Of a stretch of 64,000 bases of DNA, positions 19,114 through 31,163 are shown one piece after another. Within the stretch, counting starts at the first letter, position 1. Every line of letters begins with the position of its first letter. Where the stretch lies: the NCBI GenBank assembly GCA_965223005.1, contig CBDCVK010000010.1, positions 672,001 to 736,000 on the forward strand, written 5' to 3'. The position numbers were made by a program, and so were the translations under genes. The notes beneath the pieces are model-generated. The model was not told where the DNA came from, searched no databases, and worked only from the letters and a program-made list of their open reading frames with translations. This stretch comes from Terriglobia bacterium (GTDB taxonomy: Bacteria > Acidobacteriota > Terriglobia > JAJPHL01 > JAPKYU01).

Positions 19114-20163
19114 TTGTTTCCTCGGGGCCAGCGCGTAGCAGCTCTGATGTGCCGCCTTCTAACTGTTGGCTTGTTCGCAGGTGTGATCAACGCCCAAACT
19201 CCCATCAGCGTTCGTGAGTTGGTCCGCGGCTTTCACTCACGCTATAAGAATGAGCAAGTTACAGTCCAGGGCTGGGTCTCGGCAGAAAAACGGGTTTCCT
19301 CGACTAGCTTCAAGGCGTATTACCTGAAAGACAGGTACGGTTCGACCATTGTTGTCCGCACAGTCAACAAAGTACCCCAGATTAATTCCGAGGTGCTGGT
19401 CACCGGTGTGGCGCTGGTGGATGCCGACACCAGAAGATTTTTCATAAGTGAAACGAGGCGGGAGGAGGTCAGCTCAGCTGGGGAAGAGACAGAGGAAGAA
19501 GCTCGGGAGCCGCTGGAGTTGCCATCAACAGAGAACCTGATTCTCATCGGCGTCATCGCGATTGGGCTGCTCTGGGTGGTTGTGAGGCTGAGGCGGAGAA
19601 AGGCTGCTCCGGCTCCCGGACCTGTGCCCTCCTACAAGCCTGCTCCCGCTCCTGTCCCCTCCTACAAGTCTGGTCCCGCTCCTGAGCCTGGGCGCCCCTA
19701 CAAGCCTGCTCCTCCCCCCATACCATCCGCTGAGAGTGCCTCGGTTGCCTTCCCAACTGCCCAGGTTGCTTCCCCAACTATGGATGACTTCAAGACAGTC
19801 AGGGTGTTCAAGACCACCAAAGTTCTACCGGGCACGTTAGTTATCCTGGAGAATGGGGAGGAGACCGACACCATTTACCTTTCGGATCAGTCCGGCCGAG
19901 ATGAGATCGAAATCGGCCGCGACACCCCAGACATTACCGGCGGAATCCGGATCAAGGATAAGACAAGCACATTGAGCCGTCGTCAGGCACGCTTGCTCTA
20001 TTCCGCTGCGGAAGAGCAATTCAAGCTGGTGAATCTGGCCCCCGAAACTTCCAATCCAACCATCATCAATGGGCGGCAAATGTCTGGCGACGAGACGGTG
20101 GTACTCAAGGACAACGATGTCCTCCGCATGGGCAATGTAGAGCTGAGATTCAGGAAATCCTAG
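19114..20163 (+). CDS. Single-pass membrane protein with C-terminal FHA domain
   Basis: Signal peptide, TM + RRRK stop-transfer, Pro-rich linker, and FHA residues IGR..SRRQA..NPTIING..LKDNDVLRMG. Confidence 0.8.
   Translation: MFPRGQRVAALMCRLLTVGLFAGVINAQTPISVRELVRGFHSRYKNEQVTVQGWVSAEKRVSSTSFKAYYLKDRYGSTIVVRTVNKVPQINSEVLVTGVALVDADTRRFFISETRREEVSSAGEETEEEAREPLELPSTENLILIGVIAIGLLWVVVRLRRRKAAPAPGPVPSYKPAPAPVPSYKSGPAPEPGRPYKPAPPPIPSAESASVAFPTAQVASPTMDDFKTVRVFKTTKVLPGTLVILENGEETDTIYLSDQSGRDEIEIGRDTPDITGGIRIKDKTSTLSRRQARLLYSAAEEQFKLVNLAPETSNPTIINGRQMSGDETVVLKDNDVLRMGNVELRFRKS
19621..19720 (+). repeat. Imperfect ~30-nt coding repeats (PSYKPAPA-like) in the FHA protein linker
   Basis: cctacaag occurs three times, encoding PVPSYKPAPA PVPSYKSGPA PEPGRPYKPAP. 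Confidence 0.7.
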
Positions 20164-20241
20164 CGCCGGTCCGAACTCTTCCCCGGTTGGAAATCACTCG
20201 CCCTCCCTGATCCAGGGTCCTCTGCTATCTTTGGAGTTGTT

Positions 20242-21156
20242 ATGCCGGAACTGCCCGAGGTGGAAACCATTGTGCGCGGACTGCGCACCTGCCTGCCCGG
20301 ACGGCGCATCGCGCGGGTGATGGTGGGGCCGGCCGCCGCGGCGCACATCCTGCAGACGCCGCCGGCGGAGTTCGTCCAGGCACTGGAAGGAGCCTCGGTA
20401 GTAGCCATCCAGCGATACGGCAAACACATCCTGCTGCGCATGGCGCCGGGTGAGAGGGGTCGCTTCGAACAAACGGGCTTCTGGTGGGTTGTCCACCTGG
20501 GCATGACCGGGCAGTTTGTCTGCGAGCCCTCCTGGCACGAGCTACCCCGGCATACCCACGCATGTTTCGAGCTGGAACCCATTCAGAAGATCGCTCCCAA
20601 CAAACCGGCCGACGAAGGCAGGCGCGCGCAGATGGCCCGGCAAGTCCTACGCTACACCGACATCCGGCAATTCGGCCGGATGGAGATCTTTGCTCCCGAT
20701 GGCAACAATGCCCTTCCGCCGCGCTTGGAACGGTTGGGGCCGGATCCGTTGGCGATCTCGGAGTCGGAATTCGTGCGCCGGATGGGCCAACGAACCGGGC
20801 GGGTGAAGTCGTTGCTGCTTGACCAGCACTTCCTGCGAGGCCTGGGAAACATCTACGCCGATGAATGCCTGTTCCGCGCCGGCGTGCATCCAGCTGCGTG
20901 CGCCCGCCGCGTCTCTGCCCGAAGGGTCGCCGCCTTGTTCTGTGCTACACGCTCCGTGCTGGAGGAGGCGATCGCCCGCGGCGGTTCCTCCGTGTCCAAT
21001 TACCTGGATGCCCTCGGGCAGACTGGCACCTTTCAGCAATTCCATCAGGTCTACCGGCGGGACGGCCAGCCCTGCCGGCGATGTGGCGCGACACTTCGGC
21101 GCCTGCTGGTCGCTGGCCGCGGCAGCACTTTTTGCCCACGCTGCCAGCGTCGCTGA
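20242..21156 (+). CDS. mutM: Formamidopyrimidine-DNA glycosylase
   Basis: MPELPEVE, HLGMTG, GLGNIYADE and C-terminal zinc finger CRRC..CPRCQ. Confidence 0.96.
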   Translation: MPELPEVETIVRGLRTCLPGRRIARVMVGPAAAAHILQTPPAEFVQALEGASVVAIQRYGKHILLRMAPGERGRFEQTGFWWVVHLGMTGQFVCEPSWHELPRHTHACFELEPIQKIAPNKPADEGRRAQMARQVLRYTDIRQFGRMEIFAPDGNNALPPRLERLGPDPLAISESEFVRRMGQRTGRVKSLLLDQHFLRGLGNIYADECLFRAGVHPAACARRVSARRVAALFCATRSVLEEAIARGGSSVSNYLDALGQTGTFQQFHQVYRRDGQPCRRCGATLRRLLVAGRGSTFCPRCQRR

Positions 21157-21175
21157 CAGGGGCCAGGTTCCTGGC

Positions 21176-21207
21176 GCCAGGCATGGGGTATGCCAGGCAT
21201 GGGGTAT
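21176..21207 (+). repeat. Perfect 16-bp tandem duplication gccaggcatggggtat
   Basis: Directly visible. Followed by the heptamer tract acctgaa acctgag acctaag (21223-21243). Confidence 0.8.
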
Positions 21208-21254
21208 GATTGTCAGGCGAACACCTGAAACCTGAGACCTAAGCGCCTGTCGTT

Positions 21255-22220
21255 ATGAGTTATTTCGCTATCGGAGTGGATCTCGGCGGGACCAACCTGC
21301 GTGTCGCCACTATCGACGTGCAGGGACGGATCTTGAAACAAACCCGCCTGAAGACGAACGTGCGAGGCGGCCGGGAAGCTGTGCTCCAGGAAATCTCAGC
21401 GGCGGTGGACGGACTGCGCGCCCCCCACTCTTCCCAGGCTTTGGCGGGCATCGGCCTCGGCGTGCCAGGGATCATTTACGCGGAGGAAGGGAGAATCCGC
21501 GAATCCCCGAACCTGCCGGGCTGGGAAAATTATCCCATCCGTGACGAGATTGAGCAGCAATTGGGCGTCCGGGTCTTCCTCGACAACGACGCAAACGCCG
21601 CGGCGCTAGGAGAGAAGTGGATGGGGCTGGGTCGGGACGTGGATAGCCTGGCCATGCTCACCCTAGGAACCGGAGTGGGCGGCGGCGTGGTGCAGAACGG
21701 ACGCGTCTGGCACGGCGCCCTGGGCATGGCCGGCGAATTCGGCCACATCACTATCAACCCCGACGGGCCCATCTGCGGATGCACCAACCACGGCTGCCTG
21801 GAACAGCTGGCGTCGGCCACCGCGATCGTGCGGATGGCCCATGAAGCGATCCGCGAGGGAAGGGGTCCCGCGCTCGCCCAGCTAGCTCGTGAGTGCTCTG
21901 AACTGACCTCCGAGATGATCTACCGCAAGGCACTGGAAGGGGAGGAGGCCGCGCGCGACATCTTCACGGTCGTCGGCCGCGCCCTGGGCATCGCATTGGC
22001 CGACTTGGTGAACGTTTTTAATTTCCCCCTGTACGCCATCACCGGCGGGGTAACCAAAGCCTGGGATTTGTTTGCCCCGGTGATGCTGGCCGAAGTGGAG
22101 CGCCGCTCCTTCGTCTACCGCGCCGGGGGCACACGGATCGCCCGCTCGCAACTGGGCAGCGAAGCGGGCCTCTACGGCGCTGCCTACCTACCGTTGCAAG
22201 CGCTGGGGGTGCAGCCATGA
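21255..22220 (+). CDS. glk: ROK-family glucokinase
   Basis: GVDLGGT, DNDANAAALGE, TLGTGVGGG and EFGH..CGCTNHGCLE motifs. Confidence 0.85.
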   Translation: MSYFAIGVDLGGTNLRVATIDVQGRILKQTRLKTNVRGGREAVLQEISAAVDGLRAPHSSQALAGIGLGVPGIIYAEEGRIRESPNLPGWENYPIRDEIEQQLGVRVFLDNDANAAALGEKWMGLGRDVDSLAMLTLGTGVGGGVVQNGRVWHGALGMAGEFGHITINPDGPICGCTNHGCLEQLASATAIVRMAHEAIREGRGPALAQLARECSELTSEMIYRKALEGEEAARDIFTVVGRALGIALADLVNVFNFPLYAITGGVTKAWDLFAPVMLAEVERRSFVYRAGGTRIARSQLGSEAGLYGAAYLPLQALGVQP

Positions 22221-22753
22221 TGGCCTTCGGTAAACATCCGCGCGATGAACGTTTTCAGAAGCTGGCGCGCCGCATCGAGGAACTGCGCCGCAAAGACGAG
22301 TCCGCACAGGAGCACCGGAGCCAGATCGGCCAGCGGCGGACCGAGGCCGTCCAGCATCTGTGGCACGTCTGTAGCGGCTTCGCCAGCCACCTGAACTCCT
22401 ACATCGAACACGACCAACTGCAACTGTCGCCGCCCGAGCCTCCCGGCGACTTCCCGGAAGACAACCAGCTGCAACTGCTGATGAACGTCCGAGGCCGCAT
22501 CCTGTTGCTGGACATCGGAGCCCCGGCCGACCTGGTGGCCAACGACAATTTCAAAAAGCCGTACATCCTGGAGGGCGAGGTGCGCTTCTTCAACCAGGAA
22601 TTGCTGGAGGAGGAGCGTGTCGAGGAACACGGCATCTTCTTCTGCCCGGGCGAAGGGGCCCAGGGCGCCTGGATGTACTGGAATGGCCGCACTTACAAGA
22701 GCGGCTACGTGGACGAAAATTACCTCGCCAGCCTGCTGGAACGAATCCTATAA
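22217..22753 (+). CDS. Hypothetical protein
   Basis: 178-aa ORF coupled to glk by an ATGA overlap and ending 21 bp before fadN. Confidence 0.75.
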   Translation: MMAFGKHPRDERFQKLARRIEELRRKDESAQEHRSQIGQRRTEAVQHLWHVCSGFASHLNSYIEHDQLQLSPPEPPGDFPEDNQLQLLMNVRGRILLLDIGAPADLVANDNFKKPYILEGEVRFFNQELLEEERVEEHGIFFCPGEGAQGAWMYWNGRTYKSGYVDENYLASLLERIL

Positions 22754-22774
22754 GCCGGCCATGAGCACGTCGAA

Positions 22775-25195
22775 ATGAGCACAAGCATTCGCCGGGCAGC
22801 GGTGTTGGGAGCTGGGGTGATGGGCGCGCGCATCGCTGCGCACCTGGCGAACGCGGGCATCCCCACGCATCTGCTCGACATCGCCCCCTCCAGCCGGACC
22901 GATCGTGAGCAGACGGCCGGGCTGACGCTGGAGTCTCCGCAGGTGCGCAACCGCATCGCCCTGGCCGGGTTGGAAGCGGCGAAGAAATCGCGCCCTGCCG
23001 CCTTCTTCGTTCCCGATCACGCCAGGCGGATCACTGTCGGCAACTTCGAGGACCACCTGAGCCGGGTGGCCGATGCCGACTGGATTATCGAGGCGGTGGT
23101 CGAGAATCTGGAGGTGAAGCGCTCCCTGCTGGCCCGGGTGGACCAGCTCCGCCGGCCCGGCTCCATCGTCTCCACCAATACCAGCGGCCTTCCGGTCAAC
23201 CAGATTGCCGAAGGGCGAAGCCAGGACTTCCGGCGTCACTGGCTGGGTACGCACTTCTTCAACCCGCCGCGCTACCTGCGCCTGCTGGAACTGATCCCGG
23301 GCCGCGACACGCTGATGGAGGTGGTCGAGCGGTTGGCCGAGTTTGCGGACCGGCGCCTGGGCAAGGGCGTCATCGTTGCCAAGGACACGCCCAACTTCAT
23401 CGCCAACCGCATCGGGACCTTCTCGCTCGTGAACCTGATGCGGCTCGTCGAGCAGGAAGGATTAACGGTAGAGGAAGTGGACGCGCTGACTGGCCCGGCC
23501 GTAGGCGCGCCGAAGACCGCCACGTTCCGCTTGCTGGACTTGGTGGGCCTGGACATCGTGGCCCACGTGATCGGCAACATCTTCGAGAACGCCCCTGACG
23601 ACGAGCGGCGCGACTTCTACCGTGTCCCGCCCTTCCTTCAGCAGATGCTCCAGCGCAACTGGCTGGGCGACAAGGCCGGCCAGGGTTTTTACAAGAAGGT
23701 CGGCAAGGGCGAGGGACGAGAAATCCTGGCGCTCGACCTGAAGACACTCGAATATCGCCCCCGCCAACGGCCCAACTTCCCGCTGCTCGAGATGGTCCGC
23801 AACGTGGACGATCCCGCCGAGCGGCTTCGCCTGTTGTTGAACGCAGAGGATCGCTCCGGCCGATTCGCCTGGAAAGCCCTCAGTGAGGTGTTGGTCTACG
23901 CCACCTGCCGAATCCCGGAGATCAGCGACCGCATCCTAGAAATAGACCAGGCGATGAAGTGGGGCTTCGGCTGGGAGCTGGGGCCGTTTGAAATGTGGGA
24001 CGCGCTGGGCTTGGCGGCCACTGTCGGCCGGCTGGAAAAAGAAGGGCGCGACGTGCCGGAAAATGTGCGCCGCATGCTGGCTGCCGGCGGCACCTCCTTC
24101 TATCGCCGCCAAAATGGGCGCGCTGAGTACTTTGATTTCGGCGGCGGCGCCTATTTCCTCTTGGAGCAGCCCGCCGACATCATCGTGCTGGCCGATGAGA
24201 AGCAGCGCTCACGGCTCATCCGCAAGAACCCAGGGGCCAGCCTGGTGGACCTGGGCGACGGCGTTTGCTGCATCGAGTTTCACTCGAAGATGAACGCCAT
24301 CGGGCCGGACATCCTGGCCATGCTCCAGGTGGGCCTGGAAGAGACGGCCCGGAACTTTGAGGCCATGGTCATCGCCAACCAGGGCGCCAACTTCTCCGTA
24401 GGCGCCAACCTGATGCTGGTGCTGATGGCGATCCAGGGCGAGGAATGGGAAGAGATTGAACTGGTGATTCGCCAGTTCCAGAATGTCACCCAGGCGCTGA
24501 AATACTCCGAGCGCCCCGTGGTAGTGGCGCCGTTCGGGATGACCCTGGGCGGGGGCTGCGAAATCCCGCTGCACGCGGCGCGTATCTGCGCCCACGCCGA
24601 GTTGTACACGGGCCTGGTGGAAACCAGCGTCGGGCTGATCCCAGCGGCCGGCGGCTGCAAGGAGATGCTGATCCGCGCCAACGAAGCCGCCGGGCCCGAC
24701 GCCGACATCTTCGAGCCGACCAAGGAAACTTTCCAGCAGACCGCCTTCGCCAAAGTCTCGACCAGCGCGGAGGAAGCCCGCCGCTTCCGCTTCCTCCGGC
24801 CCAGCGACTCGATTACGATGAATCGAGACCGGCTGATGGCCGATGCCAAGGCGCTGGCGCTGGAGATGGTCCGGAGCAGCCGGTCGGCACCGGCCGCGCG
24901 ACCACGCAACGATCTGGGCAATGACCTGCGCGTGGCCGGCGAAGCCGGTCTGGCTACACTGAAGCTCGGGATTCACCTGGCGCGGCAGGCCGAGCACATC
25001 ACCGACCATGACGCCCTGGTGGCCCGCAAGCTGGCTTACGTGCTCACGGGCGGGAACCTCAGCGGCAACCAGCGCGTCTCGGAACAATACCTGCTCGACT
25101 TGGAGCGCGAGGCGTTCCTGAGCCTGTGCGGAGAAAAAAAGACGCAAGAGCGCATCGCGCACACGCTGAAAACCGGAAAGCCGCTCCGGAATTGA
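22775..25195 (+). CDS. fadN: 3-hydroxyacyl-CoA dehydrogenase/enoyl-CoA hydratase (FadN-type)
   Basis: GAGVMG, IEAVVE, STNTSG, THFFNPPRY, crotonase-type NFSVGANL and GGGCE, and KPLRN C-terminus. Confidence 0.9.
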   Translation: MSTSIRRAAVLGAGVMGARIAAHLANAGIPTHLLDIAPSSRTDREQTAGLTLESPQVRNRIALAGLEAAKKSRPAAFFVPDHARRITVGNFEDHLSRVADADWIIEAVVENLEVKRSLLARVDQLRRPGSIVSTNTSGLPVNQIAEGRSQDFRRHWLGTHFFNPPRYLRLLELIPGRDTLMEVVERLAEFADRRLGKGVIVAKDTPNFIANRIGTFSLVNLMRLVEQEGLTVEEVDALTGPAVGAPKTATFRLLDLVGLDIVAHVIGNIFENAPDDERRDFYRVPPFLQQMLQRNWLGDKAGQGFYKKVGKGEGREILALDLKTLEYRPRQRPNFPLLEMVRNVDDPAERLRLLLNAEDRSGRFAWKALSEVLVYATCRIPEISDRILEIDQAMKWGFGWELGPFEMWDALGLAATVGRLEKEGRDVPENVRRMLAAGGTSFYRRQNGRAEYFDFGGGAYFLLEQPADIIVLADEKQRSRLIRKNPGASLVDLGDGVCCIEFHSKMNAIGPDILAMLQVGLEETARNFEAMVIANQGANFSVGANLMLVLMAIQGEEWEEIELVIRQFQNVTQALKYSERPVVVAPFGMTLGGGCEIPLHAARICAHAELYTGLVETSVGLIPAAGGCKEMLIRANEAAGPDADIFEPTKETFQQTAFAKVSTSAEEARRFRFLRPSDSITMNRDRLMADAKALALEMVRSSRSAPAARPRNDLGNDLRVAGEAGLATLKLGIHLARQAEHITDHDALVARKLAYVLTGGNLSGNQRVSEQYLLDLEREAFLSLCGEKKTQERIAHTLKTGKPLRN

Positions 25196-25224
25196 CGCTT
25201 TGTTAGGATGCAGAGGACAGCCAG

Positions 25225-26415
25225 ATGAAGGAAGCCGTCATCGTTTCCGTTGCCAGGACTGCCGTGGGCAAGGCCTACAAAGGCACGCTGCGGGCGACGC
25301 GTCCGGACGACATGGCCGCTACCGTGCTTTCGGCGCTGCTCCAGCGCACGCCCGACCTGGACCCCGCCGAGATTGAAGACGTCATCCTGGGCTGCGCCAT
25401 GCCGGAAGCCGAGCAGGGGATGAACGTGGCGCGCATCGCCGCTCTGCGCGCCGGCATGCCCATCACCACCAGCGCCATGACCGTCAATCGCTTCTGCTCC
25501 TCAGGCCTGCAGTCCATCGCCCTGGGCGCCGAGCGGATCATGGCCGGCTTTGCCGACGTCATTCTGGCCGGAGGAACCGAGTCCATGAGCCTGGTACCGA
25601 TGGGGGGCCACAAGCCGGCGCCGAATCCTCACCTGATGGACACCTATCCCGACGCTTACCTCTCCATGGGGCTGACCGCCGAGCGCCTGGTCCGCAAGTA
25701 CGGCGTTGACCGCGAGGCGCAGGATTGTTTCGCATGCGAGAGCCATCGCAAGGCGCTGGCCGCCATCCAGGCTGGCCGTTTCCAGGAGGAGATTGTGCCG
25801 CTCGAGGTCAGCCTCACCGAGCCCGGCCCGCCAGGACAGGGCGGGCCTGTCACTCACACCGGCACCTTTGCAGTGGATGAAGGCCCGAGGGCTGACACTT
25901 CGATGGAGGCCCTTGCGAAACTGAAGCCCGCTTTCCACGCCAACGGAACGGTGACGGCAGGCAACTCCTCCCAGATGAGCGACGGGGCCGCCGGCGCGGT
26001 GGTCATGTCGGCCGAGCGCGCCCACGCTCTGGGCTTGAAGCCACTGGCGCGCTTCCTGGCTTTTGCCACCGCCGGCGTACCGCCCGAAGAGATGGGCATT
26101 GGCCCGGCCTTCGCCATTCCCAAGGCGCTGAAGCTGGCCGGTCTGGCGCTGGACCAGATGGAGCTGATCGAGCTGAACGAAGCCTTTGCCGCGCAGGCAC
26201 TGTCGGTGATCCGCCAGGCGGAGTTGGACCCGGCGCGGGTCAACGTCAATGGGGGCGCCATCGCCCTGGGTCACCCGCTGGGCTGCACCGGGGCCAAGCT
26301 CACTGCTACCCTGGTGCAGGAGATGAAGCGCCGCAAGACGCGCTACGGCATGGTCACCATGTGCATCGGCGGGGGTATGGGTGCTGCCGGAATTTTTGAG
26401 AACCTGCAACTGTAG
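25225..26415 (+). CDS. fadA: Acetyl-CoA C-acyltransferase (thiolase)
   Basis: [20 protein letters not shown] and MCIGGGMG motifs. Confidence 0.93.
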   Translation: MKEAVIVSVARTAVGKAYKGTLRATRPDDMAATVLSALLQRTPDLDPAEIEDVILGCAMPEAEQGMNVARIAALRAGMPITTSAMTVNRFCSSGLQSIALGAERIMAGFADVILAGGTESMSLVPMGGHKPAPNPHLMDTYPDAYLSMGLTAERLVRKYGVDREAQDCFACESHRKALAAIQAGRFQEEIVPLEVSLTEPGPPGQGGPVTHTGTFAVDEGPRADTSMEALAKLKPAFHANGTVTAGNSSQMSDGAAGAVVMSAERAHALGLKPLARFLAFATAGVPPEEMGIGPAFAIPKALKLAGLALDQMELIELNEAFAAQALSVIRQAELDPARVNVNGGAIALGHPLGCTGAKLTATLVQEMKRRKTRYGMVTMCIGGGMGAAGIFENLQL

Positions 26416-26435
26416 CGGCGGTTAAGTCCTGCGAT

Positions 26436-26520
26436 TTGTCATCCCGAGCAAGGCGAGGGATCTGCTGCTCGGTGCAGGCTATTTCTTAAAGCAGATTCCT
26501 CGCTTTGCTCGGAATGACAA
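26436..26520. repeat. 85-bp palindromic (REP-like) element TTGTCATCCCGAGC...GCTCGGAATGACAA
   Basis: 31-bp arms with 28/31 complementarity in the fadA-fadE spacer. Confidence 0.85.
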
Positions 26521-26564
26521 GCGGGCTGCTTTTCCAGCAGACCGCGGACCCAGGGAGTTCGGAG

Positions 26565-28326
<1,762 letters not shown>

Positions 28327-28334
<8 letters not shown>

Positions 28335-28857
28335 TCCAAAGAACAAGGTCCCAAGCCCGAAGTCGAAATCCGCACCCCGCAATCCGGAATCTATAATTGT
28401 TCTGGCTGTGGGCCTCCCCGGGTCAGGAAAATCCACCTGGTTCGCCCGACGCCGGGTCCAGCCGCTTTCCAGCGATCTGCTGCGCCAGCTGCTGCTCGAT
28501 GACGCCACCGACCAGTCGCAGCAGACCGCGATTTTCTCGGCACTGCGCTGGCTTCTGCGGCTGCGCCTAGGACTGGGGCGGCGCGTTCATTGTGTGGATG
28601 CCACCAACCTGAACCGCCGGGAGCGCCGGGGCTATTTCCGCCTGGCCGCATTGTTCGACTGCCGTGTAGACGCGGTCTTCTTCGATGTGCCGCTCGACGT
28701 TTGCCGGGAGCGCAACGCCCGCCGGGGACGCCGCGTGCCGCGGGAGGTCATGCTACGCATGGTGCGCAAGCTGCGCCCGCCCACCTACGCAGAGGGCTTT
28801 CGCCGGATCACCGTCGTGAACGCCTCCGGGCGCGCCCGTCCGCTGCCCCGCCGCTAG
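28327..28857 (+). CDS. P-loop kinase (AAA_33 / polynucleotide-kinase-like)
   Basis: VGLPGSGKST Walker A, SSDLLR, VDATN..R and CRERNARR motifs. Start uncertain; TTG overlapping the fadE end was chosen. Confidence 0.82.
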
Positions 28858-28958
28858 ACTCACGGGTCTCCAGTCTTCAGTTTGTAGTCTCCAGTCTCAT
28901 GCGGAACTTGCAAACCCATCTCTGGCGGCGTAGGATGCGGCCCGGCTTTCCCGGACCT

Positions 28959-29443
28959 ATGTTTTCCCGGCTGCAATTCGCCCAGTTCCGTTTGCGACTG
29001 GCGCCGCAGCAGACGCTGTTCATGCCCGCTCAGAACAAGGGCAACGTCTTGCGCGGTGCGCTCGGCACCATGCTGCGCACGCTTTGCTGCCATCCAGAGT
29101 GTCCGGGGGCACGCCACTGCAACTTGCGCGCCACCTGCCCCTACGCTCAGGTGTTTGAGCCAGCACCACCAGCTGGCTCCTCCGCCCTGTCCAATTACCA
29201 GGCCATTCCTCGCCCCTTTGTTATTCGGCCGCCGGTAACGAAACAGAATGGCGTCATTGAGATTGACGAAAAAACTCAATATGGGCCGGGAGAAACTCTG
29301 GAATTTGGCCTGATTCTGGTGGGCCGCATCACCGAACTCTTGCCCCATTTCGTGCTCAGCTTCGACCGGCTAGCCGAAGCCGGCCTCGGGCTCAACCGCG
29401 CCCGCTGTCGCCTGGAGCGCGTCGAGCAGCTGGCTCCACTTAG
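28959..29443 (+). pseudogene. cas6: Cas6-family RAMP endoribonuclease, N-terminal part (interrupted)
   Basis: GNVLRGALG, Cys cluster CCxxxC..C..CPY, PRPFVIRPP, LEFGLILVG and GLG motifs typical of the Cys-cluster Cas6 (DUF2276-type) family. Confidence 0.85.
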
Positions 29444-29549
29444 CCCGGATTTCCTTTATGAACTATCGGCGGCAACCTTCTGAATGACTCCAACGTCAGT
29501 ATTGATGCGGGTTCCAGCATCAACATTGCCTTCCGGAGGTGTACACCGA

Positions 29550-30878
29550 ATGGGTGAGAGCCAAAAACAGGCGTTTCAACTGTCATTCAACCGGTTTCTG
29601 CGGGTCACATTTCAGGGATCGCGAATCACTTCCGACGGCGGTCTGATTCTGGTGCGCGAGTTGGACGAACGTTTGGGGTTCGGCGAACTTATCGAACAGC
29701 ACTTGATCGACTCTCGGGGGAAGAACACTCGGTTGCCCTTCGCTGACTTGCTGCGGCAGTCCATCTACAGCCGCTTGGCAGGATACGAAGACGTCAACGA
29801 CGCCGAGCGGCTTTCCCAAGATCCGACGTTCCGGCTGATCGGTTCGGAGAAGATCTGGGAACGTGGCGCAGCCCTGACTTCCCGGTTACAGTCGTTCGAG
29901 ACAGAACTGCTGACGCAAGACGAGAACCTTGCTGGTTTGGCAGCGATCAACCGGGATTTGATCGCCAGGGCGGAAGCTATGGATGCGCCGCGCCGGGTGG
30001 TGCTGGACATGGACAGCACCGAGATCCCGGTCTACGGCGAACAGGAGCAGAGCGCCTACAACGGGCATTTCGAGTCGAGTTGCTATCACCCGTTGTTGCT
30101 GTTCAGTCGCGAGGGTGACTGTCTGGCGGCCAAGCTGCGACCCGGCAACGTGCACAGCGCCGAGGATTGGGAAGAACTTCTCCTGCCAGAGATCGAACGG
30201 CAGCAGAAGCTGGGCAAGGAAGTGGTGTTTCGCGCCGACGCCGCCTTCGCCAAGCCGGAGATCTACGACGCACTGGAGGAGCGGGACGTGAAGTATGCGA
30301 TTCGCATCCCGGCCAACGACAGTCTGGAGAGGGACATCGCGGAGTTGTTGACGCGGCCAGTGGGGCGACCGAGCCACAAGCCGGTGGTCTGGTACAAGAG
30401 CTTTCTCTACCAGGCAGCCAGTTGGAAAAAGGCGCGGCGGGTGGTGGCGAAGGTGGAGTTCCACTTTGGCGAACTGTTCCCTCGCGTGGGGTTCATCGTC
30501 ACCAATCTGGAGACCGACAGCCGGGCGGTGGTCCGGTTCTACAACAAGCGGGGCACCGCAGAGCAATGGATCAAGGAAGGCAAGCAGGCGGTAAAGATGA
30601 CCCGGCTGAGTTGCCATCGGTTTCGGTCGAACGAGGTGCGCCTATGGCTGAGCCTGATCGCCTACAACTTGGGAAACCTGTGGCGGCGGCTGGTGCTACC
30701 GAAGAGGATCAACAACTGGTCGCTGACGAGTTTGCAGCAGCGGCTGGTGAAAACGGGAGGACGGCTGGTGAAACATGCGCGATATTACTGGCTTTTGCTG
30801 GCCGAAGGGCACTTGAGCCGGAGGCTGTTCAGCAGCATGCTGCGAACGATCTCGGCACTGCCGCTGCCAGACGGCTAG
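29550..30878 (+). CDS. IS1380-family DDE transposase
   Basis: ITSDGGLIL, GYEDVND, VLDMDST, YNGHF..YHPL, LRPGNVHSA, RADAAF and FYNKRGTAEQWIKEGK motifs. GGAGGT RBS before ATG 29550. Confidence 0.93.
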   Translation: MGESQKQAFQLSFNRFLRVTFQGSRITSDGGLILVRELDERLGFGELIEQHLIDSRGKNTRLPFADLLRQSIYSRLAGYEDVNDAERLSQDPTFRLIGSEKIWERGAALTSRLQSFETELLTQDENLAGLAAINRDLIARAEAMDAPRRVVLDMDSTEIPVYGEQEQSAYNGHFESSCYHPLLLFSREGDCLAAKLRPGNVHSAEDWEELLLPEIERQQKLGKEVVFRADAAFAKPEIYDALEERDVKYAIRIPANDSLERDIAELLTRPVGRPSHKPVVWYKSFLYQAASWKKARRVVAKVEFHFGELFPRVGFIVTNLETDSRAVVRFYNKRGTAEQWIKEGKQAVKMTRLSCHRFRSNEVRLWLSLIAYNLGNLWRRLVLPKRINNWSLTSLQQRLVKTGGRLVKHARYYWLLLAEGHLSRRLFSSMLRTISALPLPDG

Positions 30879-31037
30879 CGACCCAGGAGAGAGGGTAATT
30901 TTAGGTGCTCAGAAGTGGTCGGGCCGGACAAGTGTCAGCGGCGAGGCAGGCTGGGCAGGCGAAACCCGCACAGCGACTCCGAAGAACAGCCAAAATGTGC
31001 CGCACTACGACCTCAAAGAGGCCCGGGCGATTTGCGA

Positions 31038-31066
31038 TTGACACGACAGGGTAAGAGGCATAGGTT
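31038..31066 (+). promoter_or_regulatory. Outward-facing sigma-70-like promoter inside the IS right end (TTGACA-N17-TAGGTT)
   Basis: Perfect -35, 17-bp spacer, and a -10 keeping T-A...T. Ends 37 bp inside the IS end. Confidence 0.55.
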
Positions 31067-31163
31067 TTCGGGTGAAGGGGAAGCTCAAAATGGAAATTCC
31101 GGGTAAGAGATTAGACCCTGTTTCACTTGACGGACTAAGTCCGCAAGCCAGAAGGGGTGAACC

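Larger units (their letters stand above)
29444..31103 (+). mobile_element. IS1380-family insertion sequence (1660 bp)
   Basis: Left end cccggatttcctttatgaact versus reverse-complemented right end cccggaatttccattttgagct. Encloses a single transposase. Confidence 0.9.

Noticed and set aside
28590-28958. Long N-terminal extension of the Cas6 ORF in the ORF track
   Set aside because: It overlaps the kinase gene in another frame and crosses a heptamer tract. Cas6-like sequence starts near ATG 28959.
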